Below, in pieces: positions 52,899 to 64,000 of a DNA stretch of 64,000 nt; position 1 is the first letter of the stretch; each line of letters opens with the position of its first letter. The notes under the pieces are model-generated. The model searched no databases, was not told where the DNA came from, and saw nothing but the letters and a program-made list of their open reading frames with translations. The translations under genes and the position numbers were made by a program. Source of the DNA: Phoronis australis (Eukaryota; Animalia; Phoronida); contig NMRA01000285.1 in assembly GCA_002633005.1 (NCBI GenBank), positions 62,001-126,000 of the forward strand, read 5' to 3'.

Positions 52899-55043
52899 CT
52901 GAATGCCGCCGTGGTGTTCGTTTTTAACGAAAATTAGTGGTTAATGCATTTTGAAAATTCGCCATTATGTACAGTCAGAGATGTTTAATAGAGTTTATGG
53001 TCGGGTAATTACACTTAATTGGGTCTACCTTGCATCGGCAATGCGGTCATCACAACTGTACCCGACTGCGGCGCCGCGCTCTCTTTGATCCTGGTAAAAG
53101 CCGCTCATAAGGACGAGCGGTGAAAATTCCCGCATATCTTTAGAAATGTGATTTCCTTGTAAGCCTATTATTCACGGTATGTTTGACATTTTAAACGGCC
53201 CAGTGAGGGTCCGGGAAATTATAACTGAACCGTCGAAGTCAACGGCAAGTGTATCCACCTGACTGTCGTGAATGGAAGAGTACTGGGGTGATTTATCATT
53301 TAGTGTGATTAGGGAGACTGTGTTCCTGATGCGTGCAAATATAGTGCCGTTTTCAATCTCTCAAACGTTATTAAGCCTTTTTCTAGACTGAGGTGGAGTT
53401 TTTTCCCATTTCCCTTCAGTGACGTCATAAAGGTAATCTATTACCACACAGCTCGGAATTCGTCTGAGGTTTTAACTCTTTGCGCTGGTTGTACACGGCT
53501 ACGGGCCACACGGCGAGATTAGGCTGACGACATGACGAGTTTGTCTCAATTGATCTTCTGCTAAGCTTGTAAATCCGCAAGCCATGGTATCCCGGAATAG
53601 GTGACCAAGGTGAGTGCGCACTGCCATGTGGCATATGCGCAAAACACCTGAGTAATCCGAGGACCTAAACTAACTAGCGCTAGTACTACCCTATGAGCAT
53701 TTATGATAGCGAGGGATGGGCCCCAGGAGAAGCTCCTCATCCCATAGAAGGGGTCAGCAGCGAGGGGGGTGTGCTGCCCACTCTGGTGGGTAGCCTATAC
53801 TTGTTTCGGTCCCGGCCGGCTCTCAGTCCCACGTCTCGGCCGGGTTGGTAATTTGGATTGAGGTCACTTTCTCGAGTGGTTATATCTTGGAGGCTCCCTA
53901 TAGGAGAGACTATAGGTGACTCTGCTGTATCGCTACTGCGCCCCCGGAGCTCGTACACCCGGCGTACTAAGGCAGCACTTTCTGGGAATCATTTTCTATA
54001 AAAATAAAGGCACTTCTTAACCGTTGAGGTGTTGTCCGCCGGTACTATTCAAAACGTTGGTATTGTCTTGCCGGGGAAGGTACTTTAATCTTGGCCACGG
54101 ATATTTCAGGGAGTTGTCGTCTGCCGCGGCACCCGGTGAGCCCGCCAGACTCCGGTTGGAAAGAACCCCCCCCCCCATCCCGCGATGAGGCTGCCGGTCA
54201 GTGCCCGGAACCGTGTTGGACCTATACTTGCTTTTCGTTTGTGGAAAATGTAGAATTGAATAGAACCGACCAGTAAAATAAATTTAACTTCCAAAAACTG
54301 CTAGCGGCCGCGGCTATTAAGCCATAAAGTTGAAAACAGCCGAAGCGTAAGGCATACGCGGGGTCTGTTTTAAAATTGACGTGAAGAGTAGGCTTAGCTG
54401 ATGAGTGTGCCGTGTAGGCCTAATTCTATACTGGGTCTGTATTAAAGATCATCGGTCCCGATCGGGCTGAAAAAACCCTTACAGCCCTTTGACTCGTAAC
54501 GGTCTTCCTGGTCGTTAGTGAACCGTTCTTCCTCTTCAGTCCTTGACTTCACGGTCCCCGTGGGCTCATTCAGTTTGCCTGAACCGGCCTTTTAGTTATT
54601 TACCCGGGAGTAGCCTCCCCGATAAAGGTTTTACTGAATACCGCATCATGCAGTACAGTCAGTGACACTAATTGTTCAACACGACAACAAAATGGAACCT
54701 GGCAGTTCGTGCGCGCTTGTCACATGGACGATCGGCGACGGAAAATGGCCAGACCCCCGGCCGCCGGGTCCCCGGCCTCTTGCCAGCCGGGCGGTCGGTC
54801 GATCACAGCGCGCGGTAGTCGTGGCTGCCGGCGCCGCCGCAACGATCGGGGGCTTGAATGCTCTTTAGTTGAAATGTTGGAGCAATTGTCAGCATAGGTA
54901 TTATCTCATTTGTGCACGGACTTATTCAAAAGATTGCCGCTCTGTTGCGTCAGACGCACTTGGCTCAGCGAGAACTATAGCCGGGCAGCAATGAGCTGCC
55001 GGTCACTTCGTGTCGTCGGTGTATTTCAAATTCTTCAAATAAA
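52899..55043 (+). ncRNA. Candidate ~2.1-kb highly structured non-coding RNA (terminal exon of a putative Pol II lncRNA, or a structured mobile/viral remnant)
   Basis: No ORF over ~75 aa. Dense local and nested long-range complementarity, with G-U pairs that favour the + strand. Acceptor T12-CAG ending at 52898. AATAAA at 55038-55043, just after the last hairpins. Confidence 0.5.
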
Positions 55044-55872
55044 CTTCTTTGTAGTAAGAAATATTAACACGTAGAAATCAGCGCATGGTCTCAGGTTTGA
55101 GTTTCAAAAGTGCCGGCAGTTTTAAAGCATTTCATATTCGAATCTTTTTTCGAAGCTGCCACTTACGTAGGCCTTACGTGGAGTTCTGAACCCGGCTGCC
55201 ACTCCACGCTGCTGTCAACTGTCATTCAAGTTCTAGTCTCGTAACCAGCAGGTAGAATTCGGTTTAGAGGCTATAGGCTTTAGCGCAATCTGTTGACGGA
55301 TGCACAGATTTGAACGATGACTGAGACAGGTAGGAAGTGTTTACGATGAGTAATATGATCAAAGCTACCATAGTTACTGCGTTAAGTATTGACGATTTGT
55401 ACAAGGGAATACGTCGTTCCACCGACGATTCCTATTACCTGAACTATGAATATGTCTAGCTAGACAATAACACTAGCTGACTGAAACAGGTATATGCACA
55501 CACACTTGACACTGTGACTGTCACTGTGACCAGACCACCCTCTCTACGACTCTCTACTCTCTAGTCTAGCCACTGTGGTCTAGCTGGCCAGTAGAGACGG
55601 TGAAGCTCTTATAGTAGGCAATTACATCGCCCTGGATGCCGCAGGCATACAGGGACGATAGTAAATTCCCACGAAAAGCTACTCATTTCAAAATACAGGA
55701 AATAAAGTCAAATGAACCATACTATATATAATAATAATATATATAATAATATAGGAACATGGAGTTATAATTAACACATACCATAATTCTGGATACAATT
55801 TAGTCAGCAAAACTTGAACAAGTCGATGAACATCTGTCGCGGTTTGCTCGAGTTACTCTTACCGGGTGCCAT

Positions 55873-56170
55873 TTTGAGGAAGTTACGTGAACCCATGCAG
55901 GTTGACGAATAAAAAGTCCATGGGGCACAAATCTTACAAATTTCAACTGATACCTTCTCATGCTATTTTGCAAGTGTCACGCGCTTCACTCAGTCTCGCG
56001 CTGGGCTTTGACTAAATCACATGACTCAGTTGACCTACTTAAGGTTATCGCGCGCGTGGTGAAAAAGTTAACGGCAACCAAAAAAGTGGAGTTGGAATTC
56101 TTCGCCAAAGTCACCTTAATTCTCACAACTAAACTTCATCAAAGATATGTATAGAAGTAAAAAGGACCAA
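55873..56170. promoter_or_regulatory. Probable bidirectional promoter
   Basis: A minus-strand CAAAATGGCACCCG|GTAAGA exon end at 55872-55863 faces a plus-strand donor AAA|GTAAGT at 56178/56179, which precedes the AHI1 ATG exon. Locally CpG-rich (TCGCGC, TCGCGCGCG). Confidence 0.45.
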
Positions 56171-57012
56171 TGAAGAAAGTAAGTGCTTTTTTAAGTGATA
56201 GTTTTAAGTGTGGAATGTATTTTTGACGAGGTGAAAACTCAAAATCGGTGACCGGATTTGGGTTACCGCCCGTTTAAAATACATGTACCAAAATGCGTAC
56301 AGAAAGTGAATGGAAGTATTGTAGCCCCTAAATGGCCAACCGAGGGGCTACTTGTTGCCTACTCTTATTGGAGCTTCATACACTGGAAGCTTTTCAGCGA
56401 CTTATGCCTCACACTAATTAAAACATCAAAATCACGTTGTTATCAATACATTTTGTGCATACAGGGACACCTTAGGAGGCTGTCGGTGTCTAAGTTAATT
56501 CCTTCCAACTCGAACAAATACCCCTGTCCTGTGATCAAATTTTTCTTCGAGCAGTCCTTCGTTCAAAATCGGAAACTGGCTGGAAAGCATGTAATTGTTG
56601 TTTTCATCATTAACATAATGTTTTCAAAGGTGTTTGTTTCCCTACATCCTGGCCTGAAAGAAAGTAAAGCAAGTTCACCTATTTGGGAGTTGTATATGGG
56701 AAAGTTTGGAGAGATTGTTTTGCAGTAGATTTTTGGAGTTCATGTTTCACTGTGTTAAATTTACTCTGACTCTTTCCAACAACCTGACCAAGACAATGGA
56801 CTTGGGAGTGATGGGTAGCATTTTCTGTTACAAGTAAGGTGGGGGAGATGGGGGCATTTACATCGTGGCCCATTGATTCAGTCAAATGGTTTGGTTACTT
56901 GGCTGAAAAGTTGTGGGCTCAAGTCTCATTGGTTTATACTGTGTATTTCAGCCTGCTTATTGTTTTTGTTTCAGAAGGAAAAAAAGTCCGTAAAGGCAAC
57001 AAGAAAGAAAAA

Positions 57013-60000
57013 ATGGTATTAAATAATGAAGCTGATGAGAAGTTATCTCCAGGTTAGAGCTTAATATAGGTTGAAGGAAGGAGTTGGCTTAAATAGCTTT
57101 TCATTATTGTGTACTGTAAACGCTCAGGAACTTGGACTAAAATAATTGCCAAATTTGCCATTTTTCAGTTTGAAGGGGCTTCTAACATCATTGTAAGTGC
57201 CTTTAATTTTTCAAAAGAAACTTAAATATGGAAAAGCATTTCACTAGGTGGTGCAAATATTCTATGGGAGACTTGAGAAAATAAATGTTCACTTGTCCAC
57301 TATATTGGTTCCTAAGTTGGTGAGATTTTGATGTAATGGTTTTTGTAGACATGGAATTTCAATGAAATAACAATGTATTTCATAGCCAATGTTACAGTGC
57401 TAGTTCAAAGGAATGTTAAGGCACTAGATGGAAGAACTAGATGGCTATGAATTACATAGATGAGCTAACAAGTTTTTGTCTCTCACAGATGTCATTCATA
57501 ACACTCACACCTGTCATAAAATGCAGGTGTTGAAGTTGAGCATTATGAAAAATAAAAGTGTCTAGTTGATGTAGTGCAATGTTCTTTAAGTGTCCTGGCT
57601 TTGTCTTTCAAATGCAACCTAGGTAACTTAAGTGTTGTTTGTTGTCACATCTGTAATTACTATCTGACTGTACTGTTTTGATTTACTTACTGAGTCTTGT
57701 AGTAGTCCGTAGGTGGCACACATTCAAAGTTTCACACCAAGCTTGCGTAACCGTGCCAGCAATGTGACAGACATTCTTGTTTTATCATACATCAGTCTAC
57801 TGCACTTAAGCTACTTTTGTCGTGTGCAAACAGGACGTGACTTAAGTTTGTTTTGACCAATGGTCAGTAAGAAAACAAGTTTCCCTTGATGAAGAATTTC
57901 TCTCTAAAGATAGTAAGCTTGATTTTTATGACTGACCAGCAGTCCTGTTCAAGCTTGCGCAGCAATGGTTGCCAAGAACCAAGATTTTCCAGCCTTGTAA
58001 CTTTTGAAAAAAGTGTCTGACTCACTGTATTCACCAGTAGGCGGGTTCACTGTACTCACCAGTAGGTATTTTCAAGCTAACTGAGCAATGGTTAGAAAGG
58101 AAGGAGGGTTGGAGAAAAATATGAAATGAGCTGACGTACTATTCTGCTCTATCCAGCTTTGTCAGATTTAGCCAAGTACAGGGCTTGACATAAGTGGGTA
58201 AATGCTCAAAAATACAAGTGGAAAAAGCACAGTACAAGCTCAAAATGTTATTCACTCGTACAGGTGCCAGACATTTTTATTTTTATTGGTCACCACTCAA
58301 AATTCAGAAATACAGGCGCAAATTTGTCATCACTGATATTTACATGTGGACATTTTCCCCTTGTTGTGTTTGGGCGCTGGACTTTTTTTCTTTGGTCACT
58401 AACTCTTTACACGCCCCGATTTGGAAATACATGTGCAAGTTTTCCGTGACTTGTATTTTCGAGGAGACATTTTCGCCCGAGTCAAGCACTGAAGTTGTTG
58501 TGTTATGAGCATTTATTGTAAGATAATTTGTGACGCACATGGGAGGAAAGAGCAACCACATTACAAATGCTTCTGCAGTTTGTACTAAATGAGGGATATT
58601 TGGATGAGGTTGCATTCTCATTAATTTGTTGTTCAGTCACCCTTTTAGCTGAAAAAACCTGAAGAAATTTCAACTTCAAGAAACTTAAGGGATCTTAAGA
58701 CCTTAATCGAACTTTAAATCTGTAATTTGGTGTTTGCTTTTTATTTCAGACATAACAGACAAGACAAGATCAAGATTTGATCAATTGTATCAGCAAGCGA
58801 TTTCTGAAGTAGATAAAGCCCCACTTTCAAAGAAAAAGAAGAGGAAAACTGAATCAGTGGTAATTAGTCATTCCATTTTGTTTCACTAAATACTGCTGCA
58901 GTGTTGTTCTTTCTACACACAGTTCATTATTGTGCTGTTGATACTTGAAAAGCCCTGTGCGATGTTTAGAACTATAATTCTGCCCTGTTATTATCTGAGA
59001 TTTGCAAGCTACATTGTAAATCTCCATACGTCCTGTGAAGAATTGTAATTTTTCAAATCATATTTCAACTCTGCACGAGTGACAATCACCATCAAAATGT
59101 TTAAAGATCTAAAATCATATTTCAAAAGAATTGAGTCTTGTTTGAAGCGCTCATTTTTTCATAGGATTTTATGGAAATACAAATGGTTGAAAAAGTGCTG
59201 TATTGGTGGCACTTGTTTTTACTTTTTTGTTGAAAAAGTAGTAGTGACATGCTCAGCAAGTGTGTTTCACAGTTGTTCCTGTCATGTAGAAACATAGTAC
59301 ACGTCTTGTTTGAATTTTTCGCCGGGAGAACCTTTCTGTAGTATAGCATTCTTTATGCTGATTTTGCTGATTGTATGGTTTGAACAACTCAAGGCTCTAC
59401 GTGTATGGTGTACTTATTTTGTCAGAAGGGTTAAAACCTCCTGTGCATCGAGTAAAGGTTGGAGCCATCTCAACAAAGTTCACCCTCTTCTAGTCATGAC
59501 ACAGTTTTGCCGAGTGCATAATTTTGTGCTTGCACTTTCTGTGTAAATGTACACCCCTTATTCTACATTGGTTAGTCCGAGACTTAATTCTTGCCTGCAA
59601 TGTCTTTAGCTGGATAACCTACGCAAAGGGGATGGGTTAGCAAAGACAGAGGATTTTACGTTGAAGGCGAACATATTTGACCCCGATGACCATCCTAAAA
59701 GTGCAAAGAGTAACAAACGTAGGCAGAGATTGAAAGATGTGGAAGGTTTGTAATTTGAATAGTATTTTTATCTGCTTCAGTTTCAGTAAAAGATCTTCAA
59801 TTTGGAACAAAATGCTAAAATAGATATTTTTCATCGGCTTACTACGTCGCTGCAAATCCTCAAAATTTTAAGAAACATTATTTTGCGGCAGCTATACCAT
59901 GCTAAGCATGAAAAAAAACAAAGTAAACTTTCCGTAAAGTTGTTGAGAAATTTGACAAAATTATTCAACTTCTTCCTCGTGTTGTGTCCCAAACTGAAGA

Positions 60001-63000
60001 GTGTGGATATTGATGCTCATCCCCAAAATGCACTGACTTTACAGGTCAGGAGAATGAAGCATTTGAAGACCAGGAATCTCAAGGCAAGCCTGGTGCAAGG
60101 AAAGCAAAGTCTGCACCACCTGAGAAGTGAGTTAGTTATTTTTTAAGAATTTGAAAAATGTACAATATCACGGGTCAACAGGTTGTATTTAAAAAGATAT
60201 TAGAACAAAGAGCAAACATATGATGTAATTATTTAATCAAAGGTAAGCAGTGATCTAACATCATTTACAGCTTGTTCCATGTTAAGTGGTTTGCATATTT
60301 GTAAGCGTTTAATATTTGTGCTACACCCTAGGACAATCACCATGGAAATGACTGTGCCTCTCACACAAATAACTGGCAAAAAGAAAAAGCGGAAGAAAAA
60401 GAAAGAAGACCAGCCTGCTGCCTCCCCTTCTCAGAGTGTGAGTATGTCTGATACCATGACTCTTCAATAGTGTTAGTCGTGCTTGGTTACTATGTTTCCA
60501 AGATATGCTTCTGGTCATGTGACTTTCTTATAAATCTCTGTCTTCCTAACACTTGTCCCATTATCAAAAAACATGTTAAGCCCACCCACTGACTACATTG
60601 TGACCTCTCTATGTATTTGAATCAATCCTTTTAATCTAATGTGAAATACAGTTGCCACAACTTTAGCTATTATTGTGTTTGTCTAAAATTGAAGAGTCAC
60701 ATTATCATTAAACTGAGCCTGAATTTTGGTAGAACGTCGTGGCACTATCGTGGGTTGCATTGCCATTATGAAACTATGTATTCAATGTTAAATATCTGTT
60801 AGATTTATCCAGCAGACATCTACTTATAATTTTTATAATTTTGTGCAACTCAGCCCCGATGAAATAAAATTCAGTTTGTGAAATGCCTTCATGTAAAATT
60901 ATTTGCCCACAAATAATTTGCGTATTACTGCACTTACAATATCCATTCATTATCTTACTGGTTGGTACTTGTTTCATTGTTAGGATAGTGTCTCTTTGCC
61001 ATCATTTTTGGAACAGTTACGTAATACTTTAAATTGGTCCTGCAGTTGATCTCTTCTTAACAATATCTTGTGGTATCTGTTATAGCAGGAGGTTATTGAT
61101 GATGTTACCCAGACAGCAGATATACAGCAAAGTGAAGGGTCCACACAAACTGCCAGGGAAACAAAGGCAAGGAAGGATGCCAGTACTGTACCAGGTAAAC
61201 TTAGTGCATCAACTGCAAAATGTTTGCACTAAAACAATGTTTTAGAAGCACAACATGTTTCTCTAGAATCCTCTTTCTCAAACTTTGCTGTTAACTTTCA
61301 GTGCATCATTTGCATAGCAGTTCTGCATGGGGAGAGGTTTTCAGTGATTCTGGTTTTGTCATCACTATGGCAAGACCAGCTCCAAATGGCTGAAACAGTC
61401 TACTCTTTCACATCAAGCACTAAATTTCTTAATTCACTGGTTCAGTAAGAGAAGTCTGAAAATTCAATTTGCACTGATCCAATGCTGTGTTTCTGTATCA
61501 CTGTGTTATATGTAACACCGCATTCCTCTTTCATATACAACTTTACGTAGCACCTTATTTACTTTAAAGTGTTATTTTTTGTACAAACATTACAGTCAGA
61601 CAAACTTTTCTTATTATTGGTATCTGCTGCATAGATCATTTAGAAGATCATGCGTATTTCATTCAGAATTCGTGTGTATTGGTTGCTACTAAAGGCAGCC
61701 AGATTTTACCCAAAATAAACAAGTACTTCATTTGATCAATGCAGGCAAATTTGTGAGAGTAACCTTTAATTTCATAAAAACTGGTAAGGCCAACAATTGT
61801 AGCAGTTTTTATACAAATACTATGTGATGTTTAAGGTGTTGCATTGAAAGACCGGAATTCCCCTCCTGAGTTTGAAGTGTATAATCTGTCATGTTCTCAC
61901 ACAACTCGCCTATGGTTCGTTTGACAAATTATAATATTTCAGATAATTTTTTTAAACAGACTGTGTGAGTGACAAATGTTAGTCTCATGTTTCCATGTGT
62001 GCCAGTGTCTAGTCCTTGTTTCCACACGCAGCGAGTCCTGACGAGGGGGTGGAGGTGGACAATGAGGCGGAGGAGGAACTCAATGAGTCTCCTGACTATT
62101 CACACATACCTGATGACGGCCGTATCCTCACTATTACTCTACACAAGACGGACAAGTTGAAGACCAACCATCATATGTCTCATCCTATGGTCAGACTGCA
62201 TATTGTTGACCAAGATACTGGACATTATTTAAAAAAACAGACCAGGTAATGTATTCCTGAGTCAATATGGAAGGCTACAAGTAAATGCAAATGTAATGTA
62301 AGAACTCTTTATATATCCGATTTTTGTCAGTGTTGTGGAGCAGGCTAGGTGGTGTATATCTTGACTATTATGGAAATCTTGAAAGACCAGGCGAAATATA
62401 ACTGGTCTTAATGTGTTATATATTCTTGTGAAACAGTACAGTTGTCTATGATTTATGATCAAACTACACATGTGAGCATCTTCCAGAGAACATCGCAGCA
62501 TGGATATCGCTTTTCCCCGCCAAATTTTTTTCTAACACGCATTAGGTAACTCTTTGGGTTATTTCACAGTCTGCAGTTATCAGTTGTTTCACTCCTTGGT
62601 ATAAACAGTAACAGAAATCGTCTCTGTCGTTACAGACAGAGGCAAGTGACATTTTACTATGAGAACCAGAACGACACTGTTGACTTCATCATGCCTGTCA
62701 TAAGTCAACCGTTTGACTTCAAAAAGAACAGATCTATTGTGCCATGCTGGGAGGAGCAGATTATACTTAATGAGAATTTCAACTACTTTACCCAAGAGAA
62801 ACCTAGAGTTATTATATTTTTTGAAGTAAGTATGTTCATTTATCAAAAATTAAAGACGTTTACTTTAATTTCTGTTTTTTTTTCGTAGAGTTATCTCCTG
62901 TAAGATCGATTACACAGTATTCAGTTGTGGTCTGAGTTTTTCTAATTGTTTTTTAATACCTACGAAAGATGGCGTTGTTGTAATGTGGCAGTTTCATAAA

Positions 63001-63600
63001 TAGCATTCTGAGCATCTGACAATTCAACTACATTTTTGTCAGTACTGGAGTGCAGGATTTAGTGTTAAGAATGCACAGTTTTGGTTTGAGATGAACACCT
63101 GTGTCCTGTCAGTCACGGGGGTTCTGGTATTTGGTACCAAACAGGCTCCATAGGATTGAGGTTATGTAAAACGAAATTCTGCAGCTTACACCTTTCAGAA
63201 ATGCATTTATTAGAGTAATGTTACATTATTGTGTATCGTGTTGTGGTGTGTAAAGTAATTTTTTGTTAACAATTAGTTTTGGATTATCAACTGGCAACAC
63301 CTATTCCATTATAGATCATATTTTTGCTGCCATGAATCGTAGGACTGCAGGGTATCAGTAGTAGTAGGATTGAGACAGTTTTGGAAAATCTCTCCCATTT
63401 GCTCTTACATTTTTTTTCAATTGGTATCAATTTATTTACAAAAAAATGATGTTTCGTTTATCATTGGGGTGTGGTATGTCAAAACCTGCTTCCTGTTTTT
63501 GCAGGTACTGGACTTTGTAAGCATGAGTCAAGCAAGTTCACAGTTCAGGCTAAAGAAGGAAGACAGTGGTTGGCACAAAGTAGCCTGGGGCTTCCTTAAA
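57013..63600 (+). CDS. AHI1: Jouberin (Abelson helper integration site 1), 5' part; gene continues beyond the window
   Basis: Phase-consistent exons 57013-57052, 58750-58859, 59610-59745, 60045-60126, 60332-60437, 61086-61194, 62032-62245, 62636-62825 and 63505-63600. KTRSRFDQL, LHKTDKLK..MSHPMVRLHIVDQDTGHYLKK, YYEN..VDFIMPVISQPFDFK..WEEQIILNENF, VIIFFEVLDF and WHKVAWGFLK match the recalled vertebrate AHI1 N-terminus and C2-like region. Confidence 0.92.
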
Positions 63601-63769
63601 GTAATGTACTTCATATTGTGCACTAGTTGATTAGATTTGCCATTCTTGGTCGTTTTAGGTGCAAGTTATTTTTCATAATTGCCGATTTTATTTGTGGCAT
63701 TCCAATAGCCCGATTTTTGCACTATTTACCCACAATGCTGTTCTCCCGTTCTGTCTCTCTCCCTCGCCC

Positions 63770-63826
63770 TCTCCCTCTCTCGCTCCCCCCTCTCTCTCAC
63801 TCCCCCTCTCTCTCTCTCTGTCTCTC
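63770..63826. repeat. CT-rich microsatellite
   Basis: Direct inspection. Confidence 0.85.
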
Positions 63827-64000
63827 GTGCTTTTATGATCATAGCACTAATTTATTGTGATGCATATCTCTGGTAGGTTTCATGCAGAATGCAAAACAAG
63901 AAAAACATGTTGGATCACCGTTTGCAAAAGATTTATTGTGTTTTTTTGGAAAAGATCAGTTGCCTTCAAAATTTTACAAAGTCTTACCCAGTATGCTCTG

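Noticed and set aside
53029-53155. Phase-compatible minus-strand exon of the orphan gene
   Set aside because: Weak acceptor, no recognisable protein content, and it overlaps + strand hairpins, so it may be open by chance.
53811-53862. HDV-like ribozyme (GGCCGGC...GTCCCA start resembles HDV)
   Set aside because: P3/L3, P1.1 and the catalytic-C junction could not be identified. Kept only as a simple pseudoknot.
54398-54425. CTGATGAG as a hammerhead ribozyme core
   Set aside because: No stem II followed by GAAA and no matching stem III/NUH could be built.
52899-55043. Telomerase RNA, RNase P/MRP, 7SK, rRNA/NUMT or group I/II intron as the identity of the structured block
   Set aside because: No CTAACCC-type template and no paired CR-I/CR-V motifs. 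Resemblances such as GCGGCCGCGG, AAATTGAC..GTGAAGAG and AGAGACTA are short and not colinear enough to support a call without a covariance-model search.

Overview
Intron-rich, AT-rich eukaryotic DNA, most likely from a bilaterian invertebrate (inferred from an AHI1 orthologue, a neuropeptide-type GPCR and the MITE/SINE content). There is an assembly gap at 40460-41100. I assembled four spliced genes by hand from GT-AG junctions with consistent phase. (1) A 4-exon, 263-aa secreted protein at 4246-6687 (+) resembles plant/algal violaxanthin de-epoxidase (Cys-rich domain plus lipocalin), which is unexpected in an animal. (2) A 6-exon, 444-aa class A peptide GPCR lies at 13937-23365 (-). (3) An uncharacterised low-complexity protein lies at about 41942-49713 (-). 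(4) The 5' part of AHI1/jouberin starts at 57013 (+) and runs off the window end. Between genes 3 and 4 is a ~2.1-kb block with no long ORF (52899-55043, +). It is packed with nested, G-U-containing helices and a candidate pseudoknot, and is bounded by a strong splice acceptor and an AATAAA, so it is a candidate large structured lncRNA. The rest is MITEs, a probable Helitron, SINE and Gypsy remnants and tandem repeats. All homology calls come from recalled family motifs; no searches were run.
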